From NCBI GenBank assembly GCA_029932645.1, contig JAOZPR010000007.1, positions 1-33,687 of the forward strand: a stretch of DNA of 33,687 nucleotides, in the 5' to 3' direction. This document shows, piece after piece, positions 27,044-33,687 of the stretch. This stretch comes from Candidatus Aenigmatarchaeota archaeon. GTDB lineage: Archaea > Aenigmatarchaeota > Aenigmatarchaeia > GW2011-AR5 > JAGGXF01. The first letter of the stretch is position 1. Every line of letters begins with the position of its first letter. The notes beneath the pieces were generated by a model that saw only the letters and a list, made by a program, of their open reading frames with translations, made no database searches and was not told the DNA's origin. The translations under genes were made by a program, and so were the position numbers.

Positions 27044-28003
27044 ATGTTTGATAAAAAAATCAATCTGAAACTAAAAAAAATAAAAGACCTGAGATATGGT
27101 GAGAACTGGCACCAGAGGGCGGCATTCTACAGTGATGAGGACGAGAAAAAGATTACATCTCTCGTAAATGCGAAGCAGTTGCACGGAAAAGAACTTTCAC
27201 TAACAAATATTCTTGACTTAGATACGGCACTTGGAATAGTAAAACAATTCGAAAAGCCTATGGCTGTTGTGATTAAACACACGAATCCATGCGGAGCAGC
27301 ATGCGATGAAAATATAACAGATGCATTCAAAAAAGCGTGGGCCGGCGATAGCTTGTCTGCGTTCGGAAGCATTGTCGGTTTTAATCGAGCTGTTGATGAA
27401 GAAACGGCAAACGAAATCTCAAAGAAATTCGTTGAGGGTATACTCGCACCCGATTTTGATAACGATGCTCTAGAAATTCTGAAAGAGAAAAAGAACATCC
27501 GCCTGATATCAACGGGTACTTTTGAAAAAGAAGAACCAAAAATGGACATAAAGAAAGTTGTGGGTGGCTTTATAGTCCAAGAATATGACAACTATCAACT
27601 GAATGAAAATGACCTAAAAGTTGTCACAAAGAGAAAACCGACTGCCAAAGAATTTGAGTCATTGTTATTTGCTTGGAAGATATTAAAATTTGTTAAGTCT
27701 AATGCTGTTGTTCTAGCAAAAGACGAACAAGTAATCGGTGTTGGTGCCGGACAGATGAGCAGGATAGATGCACTGAAGGTTTCCCTGAGGAAAGCAAACG
27801 AAATGGGTTTTGATACAAGTGGCGCTGTTCTTGTGACAGACTCGTTTTTCCCATTCAGAGATTCTGTCGATATGGCAGATGAAAATGGGATAAAAGCCAT
27901 AATGCATCCGGGCGGATCCATAAGAGACCGGGAATCAATAGACGCCTGTAATGAGCACGACATTAGCATGATATTTAATGGTATTAGATGCTTCAGACAC
28001 TAG
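27044..28003 (+). CDS. purH: AICAR formyltransferase, C-terminal domain of PurH as a separate cistron
   Basis: 319 aa. RYGENWHQ, KHTNPCG, SAFGSIVGFNR, GAGQMSRID, DSFFPFRD, HPGGSIRD, FRH C-terminus. ATG lies 4 nt after the upstream TGA, preceded by GGTGA. Confidence 0.9.
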   Translation: MFDKKINLKLKKIKDLRYGENWHQRAAFYSDEDEKKITSLVNAKQLHGKELSLTNILDLDTALGIVKQFEKPMAVVIKHTNPCGAACDENITDAFKKAWAGDSLSAFGSIVGFNRAVDEETANEISKKFVEGILAPDFDNDALEILKEKKNIRLISTGTFEKEEPKMDIKKVVGGFIVQEYDNYQLNENDLKVVTKRKPTAKEFESLLFAWKILKFVKSNAVVLAKDEQVIGVGAGQMSRIDALKVSLRKANEMGFDTSGAVLVTDSFFPFRDSVDMADENGIKAIMHPGGSIRDRESIDACNEHDISMIFNGIRCFRH

Positions 28004-28060
28004 TCAAGTTCATTATTAACGTATTAAACGTATTACAAAGAACGTGTGGGGGGTGCTTTT

Positions 28061-28672
28061 ATGTTGAATATTGGTGTACTCGCGTCCACGAGAGGAACAG
28101 ACATGCAAACTATTATAGACGAGATAGAAGCAGGAAAACTAGATGCAAAAATATCTGTTGTCATCAGCAACAAAAAAGATGCATATGCTCTTGAACGCGC
28201 AAGGAGACATAATATAAAAGCCGTTTTTATTGATGGAAAAGGCAAAGAAAGAGAAGAGTTTGATAGGGAAGTCGCGAAGGTTCTGGATGAAAACAAAGTT
28301 GGGTTAATATTGCTTATCGGATATATGAGGTATTTGAGCAGATGGTTTGTTAACAAGTATAGAAATAAAATAATGAATATTCATCCCAGTCTGTTGCCTG
28401 CCTTTGCTGGTGGTATGGATCTTAATGTACATGAGGAAGTCCTAAAACATGGCTGTAAAGTTACTGGTTGCACTTTGCATTTTGTGGACGAGGGGGCTGA
28501 CACCGGACCTATAATAGCACAAAAGGCTGTTATCATCGAAGAAGATGAAACAGTAAATTCGCTCAAAGAAAAAGTACAGCGGGCTGAACAGGAAATAATC
28601 ATAAAAGCAATCAAACTTTTCGCAGAAAACAAAATTAAGGTCGATGGGAGAAAGGTTAAAATACTCTCGTGA
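28061..28672 (+). CDS. purN: Phosphoribosylglycinamide formyltransferase (folate-dependent)
   Basis: 203 aa from ATG 28061. VLASTRGTD, NIHPSLLPAFAG, VDEGADTGPII. Confidence 0.9.
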   Translation: MLNIGVLASTRGTDMQTIIDEIEAGKLDAKISVVISNKKDAYALERARRHNIKAVFIDGKGKEREEFDREVAKVLDENKVGLILLIGYMRYLSRWFVNKYRNKIMNIHPSLLPAFAGGMDLNVHEEVLKHGCKVTGCTLHFVDEGADTGPIIAQKAVIIEEDETVNSLKEKVQRAEQEIIIKAIKLFAENKIKVDGRKVKILS

Positions 28673-28715
28673 TTAACGGGTGTGTGACAACGATGTGCTG
28701 CTGAACGGTGAATTT

Positions 28716-29993
28716 ATGAATTACAGTGAACTAGACTATAGAAAATCTATAGACTATCTGCATAGTCTGGAAAAATTCGGTATAAAACTCGGCCTTGAAA
28801 GAATTAAAAAACTTCTCGCTGCTCTGGGCAACCCAGAGAAAGACTTTAAGACCATACATGTTGCCGGGACAAATGGAAAGGGTTCTGTATGCGCAATGAT
28901 TGCGTCTGTTCTAAAAGAAAGCAACTATAAAACCGGTCTTTATACATCACCGCATCTTATTGATTTCAGGGAGAGAATAGTTATAAATGGTAAAAAAATT
29001 CCAAAACAGAAAATCTCTGTGCTGATAAAAGACATGAGACGAGTGGCAGACAAAATGAGACCACACCCCACATACTTTGAGTTCATAACAGCGCTTGCGT
29101 TCAAATATTTCTCAGAGCAGAAGGTTGACTTCGCTGTTGTGGAAGTCGGTATGGGCGGGCGTTTTGATGCGACTAATGTAATATATCCAGAGGTATCAAT
29201 TATTACAAATGTTTCTTTTGAACACACAGAGCACTTGGGCAAAACAATCAAGAAAATTGCAAAAGAGAAGGCAGGGATAATAAAATGCGGGGGGCCTGTG
29301 ATAACGAGCGCGAAAGGCGTCGCACTAAAAGTCATAGAGAACAAATGTAAAGAACTGAAGTCAAACCTTATTATATTGGATGAAAAATCTTTTGACGAAA
29401 AAGACATGAATATAGACAACCAAAAATTTGTGCTATATGGAGTGAAAGAGGATTACAACCTGACAAGCAGACTCGTGGGAAAACATCAGATGCTGAATGC
29501 ATGTTGTGCTGTTGCCTGCGCAGAATTGCTTGGCATCAGGAAGGGTTATGTAATAAAAGGTATCAAAAATGTTTTCTGGCCTGGTCGATTTGAGGTTGTT
29601 CAGAAAAATCCGGTAATAATTTTAGACGGTGCACATAACCCGGACGGTATAAAAGCGTTGAAAAATACGCTTGTTAAAATATTCGGAAATAAAAAAATAT
29701 TTTTCGTGATAAGTATCTGCTCTGATAAGGATATTGAAAAAATGATAAGAGAGATCGCGCCGCTGGTAAAGGAAATAGTTATAACAAAACATGCGGTTAT
29801 GAACAGAGCTGCTAACCCGCTTGTAATAAAAAAACTTGCTGAAAAACATGTCAGTAAATATGCCAATAATATTGTAGTTAAAAAAACTGTCAAAACTGCC
29901 CTGAACTATGTGAGAAAAAAAGCGCGTAAAGATGATATAATATGCGTAACAGGTTCTATCTTCACTGTTGCTGGAGCTAAGGAGGTTTTGTGA
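28716..29993 (+). CDS. folC: Folylpolyglutamate synthase / dihydrofolate synthase (Mur-ligase family)
   Basis: 425 aa from ATG 28716. P-loop HVAGTNGKGS, EVGMGGRFDATN, DGAHNP. Confidence 0.85.
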   Translation: MNYSELDYRKSIDYLHSLEKFGIKLGLERIKKLLAALGNPEKDFKTIHVAGTNGKGSVCAMIASVLKESNYKTGLYTSPHLIDFRERIVINGKKIPKQKISVLIKDMRRVADKMRPHPTYFEFITALAFKYFSEQKVDFAVVEVGMGGRFDATNVIYPEVSIITNVSFEHTEHLGKTIKKIAKEKAGIIKCGGPVITSAKGVALKVIENKCKELKSNLIILDEKSFDEKDMNIDNQKFVLYGVKEDYNLTSRLVGKHQMLNACCAVACAELLGIRKGYVIKGIKNVFWPGRFEVVQKNPVIILDGAHNPDGIKALKNTLVKIFGNKKIFFVISICSDKDIEKMIREIAPLVKEIVITKHAVMNRAANPLVIKKLAEKHVSKYANNIVVKKTVKTALNYVRKKARKDDIICVTGSIFTVAGAKEVL

Positions 29994-31141
29994 TGAAAAG
30001 AGCTGTAATGAAAAAGAGTATAACAAAAAACAGAGTTGTATTTGGTGGTACACTGGGCTTTTTCAAATCGATGTTAACAGGATTTTCAATGATGCTGTTA
30101 CCTATGTATTTTTCTATGATGAACATCTCACTTATTTCTTACGCGCTTCTGCTTACGGTAGGAGATTTAGTCGCGTTCCTAATAAAACCTGTTATAGGAT
30201 ATTTCACGGACAGGCATGGAGAAAAAAAGTTCTTGGTCGGTGGTATAATTTTATACACCTTTTCATTGTTCCTTATTGGACAGACCACCTCTCTATTCAA
30301 TATTGCAATGTTACAGGTTATTATGGGTGTATCAAGTGCTTTTCTGTTATCTATTATAATAATATTCGCCCTGCGAAATGTTCAGAAAAACCCTGATAAA
30401 AAAGTTGGGCTTTTTGGTGCGATACAGAGCGCCGGTTGGATTTTCGGTCTTTTGCTTCCGGGTTTTCTCATAGATAAGCTTGGTATAGGAGCGGTATTTT
30501 ATTTGTGTCCTGTCATAGGTATTGTTCTCGGCCTTCTTGTTTTGAATGTAAAAACAAAATTCAAAACACGGACAAGGCCATCTCTCAGCTTTGTCAAAAA
30601 AATTCCTCTTCCACTTATATACAAAACAATAGACATGGCTGTGTTCAATGCATTTCTTATATTTTTTATAAGATATGCCTTAAAGACATTATCACTCAGC
30701 AAAAGTATGATATCGATGATTGTTGCGTTTGAATGTCTTGTTTTTGTGCTATCAGAATATGGGCTTAGTAGAATATCAAACCAACAGCGGAGAAGAAACT
30801 GGATACCACTTGGTATGTTGATTCATGCCATTGGCATTGCTGTTATGCTGTTCGGCACCAACCTGGCACACTATTTTGCCGCAGCCGGATTGATAGGGTT
30901 TGCTGGCGCATTTATAGACATCTGGGTATTTTCATACATTAGTGAAAATGTCTCTATAAAGAACAAAGGCAAGGTCATTGGCACGGTCGACTGGAGCAGA
31001 GAACTTGGAACAATCTTTGGGGCACAGGTGCCTGCATGGTTTGTATTTTTGTCTGTGAACCCATTTGCATCGATTTTTATATTTCCTTTTATAGGTTTAG
31101 TTACAAATCTAATAAATAAGAAGAAAAGAAAGAGGGTGTGA
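29993..31141 (+). CDS. Major-facilitator-superfamily transporter, substrate unknown
   Basis: 382 aa, roughly 10-12 hydrophobic helices, MFS motif-A-like [11 protein letters not shown]. The ATG overlaps the folC TGA (TGATG), with AAGGAGGT upstream. Confidence 0.8.
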   Translation: MKRAVMKKSITKNRVVFGGTLGFFKSMLTGFSMMLLPMYFSMMNISLISYALLLTVGDLVAFLIKPVIGYFTDRHGEKKFLVGGIILYTFSLFLIGQTTSLFNIAMLQVIMGVSSAFLLSIIIIFALRNVQKNPDKKVGLFGAIQSAGWIFGLLLPGFLIDKLGIGAVFYLCPVIGIVLGLLVLNVKTKFKTRTRPSLSFVKKIPLPLIYKTIDMAVFNAFLIFFIRYALKTLSLSKSMISMIVAFECLVFVLSEYGLSRISNQQRRRNWIPLGMLIHAIGIAVMLFGTNLAHYFAAAGLIGFAGAFIDIWVFSYISENVSIKNKGKVIGTVDWSRELGTIFGAQVPAWFVFLSVNPFASIFIFPFIGLVTNLINKKKRKRV

Positions 31142-31146
31142 ATAAA

Positions 31147-31530
31147 ATGAAGGTGTTGATTATAGCAGGGAGCGAGTCTGATATGAAAATCGCCAAGAAA
31201 GCCGCTGGTGTGCTTGATCAATATAATATAAAATATAATATAGAAGTTGCTTCGGCGCACCGAGAACCGGATAAAGTTGAAGAGCTTGTAAAAAAAGATT
31301 ATGATGTGTTTATAGCGATAGCCGGACTCTCGGCAGCGCTCCCAGGTTTCATTGCGTCGCACACGAAGAAACCTGTTATCGGTGTGCCCGTATCAGCGAA
31401 ACTTGGCGGACTCGATGCGCTGTTGTCAATAGCACAAATGCCCAAAGGTGTTCCTGTTGCCTGCGTCGGCATAGACAACGGGCAAAATGCAGCACATCTC
31501 GCTGCTCGAATACTTGGCCTGGCTGATTAA
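31147..31530 (+). CDS. purE: PurE (N5-CAIR mutase or AIR carboxylase; class unresolved), short form
   Basis: 127 aa from ATG 31147. [44 protein letters not shown]. It lacks about 25-30 C-terminal residues present in typical PurE. Confidence 0.85.
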   Translation: MKVLIIAGSESDMKIAKKAAGVLDQYNIKYNIEVASAHREPDKVEELVKKDYDVFIAIAGLSAALPGFIASHTKKPVIGVPVSAKLGGLDALLSIAQMPKGVPVACVGIDNGQNAAHLAARILGLAD

Positions 31531-31557
31531 TTTTCGGCTGATTGGTGTGGTGCTTTC

Positions 31558-32487
31558 ATGAAGCTTCTGAAAAAGGGGAAAGTTAAGGATGTTTATGAAC
31601 TTGATGAAGATAGTCTAAAGTTTGTCTTTTCAGACAGAATCTCTGTCTTTGACAAAATAATTCCAAGTGAAATTCCTCGAAAGGGCGAAACCTTGTGCAA
31701 AACAAGCGCGTTCTGGTTTGAAAAACTTGAGAAGAAAAACATAAAAACCCATTTTATAAACCTTGATGGTCAGAATGCGATGAATGTAAAAAAATTTAGA
31801 ATCTTAGAAAGACCTACTTCGAAAGATAATAATTATTTTATACCGCTGGAAATTATATGCCGCTGGTTCGTGGCCGGTTCTTTGTTCGACAGGATAAAAC
31901 GGGGTGAGGTGAAGTCGGAGGAGTTGGGATTCGCCCCAGACCACATCGTTAAATATGGCGACAAACTGCCTGCGCCGTTCATAGAATTCACGACAAAACT
32001 AGAAAAGGTGGATAGAGAACTTACAGAAGAAGAGGCCGCAGAACTCGCGGGCCTCAAAAAAGAGGATATAAAAAGGATAAAAGAATTGGTCATAAAAATA
32101 GACCAGATAATAAAAAAACAGGTTGAAAAAAATAACTTGATTCATGTTGACGGGAAAAAAGAGTTCGCGTTTGACGAGAGTCGTGAACTGGTTGTAGTAG
32201 ACACATTTGGTACAGCAGACGAAGACCGTTGGTGGGACAAAAATGAATATGACAAAGGAAATATAGTAGAAATCAGTAAAGAATTTGTAAGACAACATTA
32301 TAGAAAAACCGGATATAAAAAAATCCTTGATGCGGCACGGAAATCTGGAAAAGACATACCAATACCACCCTTACCAAATAATTTAATAAAAGAAACGAGC
32401 AAACTTTATATTAATCTCTTTGAGAGAATAACCAATAAAAAAATCGATGACACTGTATTTGTTGATACACATGATTCATCCAACTGA
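31558..32487 (+). CDS. purC: SAICAR synthetase (long form)
   Basis: 309 aa. GKVKDVY, SDRISVFD, and an ATP-grasp-like layout. The 3' end overlaps purB by 17 nt. Confidence 0.9.
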   Translation: MKLLKKGKVKDVYELDEDSLKFVFSDRISVFDKIIPSEIPRKGETLCKTSAFWFEKLEKKNIKTHFINLDGQNAMNVKKFRILERPTSKDNNYFIPLEIICRWFVAGSLFDRIKRGEVKSEELGFAPDHIVKYGDKLPAPFIEFTTKLEKVDRELTEEEAAELAGLKKEDIKRIKELVIKIDQIIKKQVEKNNLIHVDGKKEFAFDESRELVVVDTFGTADEDRWWDKNEYDKGNIVEISKEFVRQHYRKTGYKKILDAARKSGKDIPIPPLPNNLIKETSKLYINLFERITNKKIDDTVFVDTHDSSN

Positions 32488-33625
32488 TTATAGATATCTC
32501 GTAAAAGAGCTTGACCCCTATCTGTCAGATGAAGCTTTCTTAGGGTATAAGCTAGCTGTTGAAGCTGCTTATATAAAAGCCTTAGCAAACGTGGGTGTGT
32601 GCCCAGAGGATGTGGCTAGAGAAATCTCAAAAAAAGCCAACATAAACACCGTGACACCAAAAAAGGTCAAAGAAAAAGAAACTGAACTTAAACATGACAT
32701 TCGTGCAATGGTAGATGTTCTCGCTGACGCTGTATCAGAAAGAGCTAAACCTTTTGTTCATCTTGGCCTGACATCGTATGATGTTGTAAATACCGCGCAA
32801 GCACTGATGCTGAAAGATGTTACAAAAGATGTAATAATACCAAGCATGATAGAACTTGAAAAGAAATTAATAATACTTGCTGAAAAATACAAAGACACTG
32901 TCCAGATCGGGAGAACGCATGGCCAGCATGCAGAACCAATAACATTCGGCTTCTATCTGGCAGGATATGTTGACCGCTTTGGCGAAGCCATCGAGAAAAT
33001 AAGAGGGGCCGTAGAAGAACTTAGAGGAAAGGTAAGTGGGGCAGTTGGAACAAAAGCCGGTTTGGGAATAGTTTATGACTCACCTGAAAAACTAGAAAAA
33101 ATCATGATGAGCGAGTTGGGTATAAAACCGGCGAGGATAACAACACAGATTGTTCCACCAGAATATCTTGCTGATTACTTTTCCCAGTTGTTAATAGCGT
33201 TTTCAACGATGGCTGATTTCGCAAACGATATGAGACATCTGCAGAGAACAGAGATAGGAGAAGTTTCAGAACAGTTCAGCGCAGGTCAGGTTGGATCATC
33301 AACAATGCCGCAGAAAAGGAACCCAATAAGCTGGGAAAACATTGTTTCCCAATGGAAGGCAGTTATGCCTCATATTATATCTGTATACATGGACATCATA
33401 TCAGAACATCAAAGAGACCTGACCAACTCTGCATCTGCGAGATATTACATACCTGAAATAATAAACGCGTTTGTTTACTCTATAAAGCGAACTAAAAAAA
33501 ATCTTGATGGTCTTGTCATAAATGAAAAGAAAATGAAAAAAAATCTTGAAATGACTGGTACTGCTCTGGCAGAACCTGTCTATATCATGCTCGCAATGGG
33601 CGGGCATACCAATGCCCATAAATAG
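32471..33625 (+). CDS. purB: Adenylosuccinate lyase, apparently interrupted near the window edge
   Basis: Start at ATG 32471 (MIHPTDYRY, as in archaeal PurB). GRTHGQHAEP and the signature GSSTMPQKRNP. The frame stops at TAG 33623-33625 after 384 aa, but PurB-like sequence continues to the window end in two frames. Confidence 0.85.
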   Translation: MIHPTDYRYLVKELDPYLSDEAFLGYKLAVEAAYIKALANVGVCPEDVAREISKKANINTVTPKKVKEKETELKHDIRAMVDVLADAVSERAKPFVHLGLTSYDVVNTAQALMLKDVTKDVIIPSMIELEKKLIILAEKYKDTVQIGRTHGQHAEPITFGFYLAGYVDRFGEAIEKIRGAVEELRGKVSGAVGTKAGLGIVYDSPEKLEKIMMSELGIKPARITTQIVPPEYLADYFSQLLIAFSTMADFANDMRHLQRTEIGEVSEQFSAGQVGSSTMPQKRNPISWENIVSQWKAVMPHIISVYMDIISEHQRDLTNSASARYYIPEIINAFVYSIKRTKKNLDGLVINEKKMKKNLEMTGTALAEPVYIMLAMGGHTNAHK

Positions 33626-33687
33626 GTGAAAAAAATGGTAAACGAGGCGCTAAAAGTGGCACACCGCTTTCTGAACTGATTAAAAAA

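Noticed and set aside
31528-31560. purE and purC are in the same frame, separated by one TAA and nine sense codons (possible readthrough PurE-PurC fusion, reminiscent of PAICS).
   Set aside because: The same-frame arrangement has a 1-in-3 chance expectation, and the spacer contains a normal SD-like GGTGTGGTG before the purC ATG. I see no readthrough context that I can justify.
33623-33625. In-frame TAG in purB as pyrrolysine or stop-codon reassignment.
   Set aside because: TAG clearly terminates several other genes here (purS, purQ, purH C-domain, HTH-PRT, GATase-like, cdc48). No pyl genes are visible, and a frameshift sits 30 nt downstream, so sequence error or pseudogenisation is the simpler explanation.

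Overview
AT-rich chromosomal segment that looks archaeal. It carries an archaeal-type SAM synthetase, type-2 methionine aminopeptidase, Cdc48/VAT, RadB, and an Lhr-type helicase with its MPE phosphoesterase partner. Shine-Dalgarno-like GGTG/GGAGG motifs are common. I could not support any rRNA, tRNA, CRISPR array, transposase or integrase. The left 16 kb (1-16.4 kb) holds housekeeping and repair genes in several short transcription units, plus guaB and pyrG. The right 17 kb (16.6 kb to the window end) is one co-directional, tightly packed purine plus folate one-carbon gene array: purS-purL-purQ-purF-purD, 5-formyl-THF cyclo-ligase, glyA, yggS, folD, a two-cistron purH, purN, folC, an MFS transporter, purE, purC, purB. 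It is preceded by an HTH + phosphoribosyltransferase-fold (PurR/GfcR-like) regulator gene. Points worth a second look: (1) inverted repeats of one half-site next to that regulator and again before purL; (2) a GuaA-subunit-A-like glutamine amidotransferase that has lost its Cys and His catalytic residues; (3) a small unknown gene co-transcribed with cdc48 behind a palindromic operator-like site; (4) a divergent metK / HTH-CBS pair; (5) split purH, an atypical short purE with no purK in the window, and two lesions in purB at the window edge; (6) a recurrent pattern in which the last 6-20 nt of many genes, including the stop codon, are duplicated just downstream, five times giving an in-frame second stop. 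All functional calls rest on motif recognition by eye; no database search was run.
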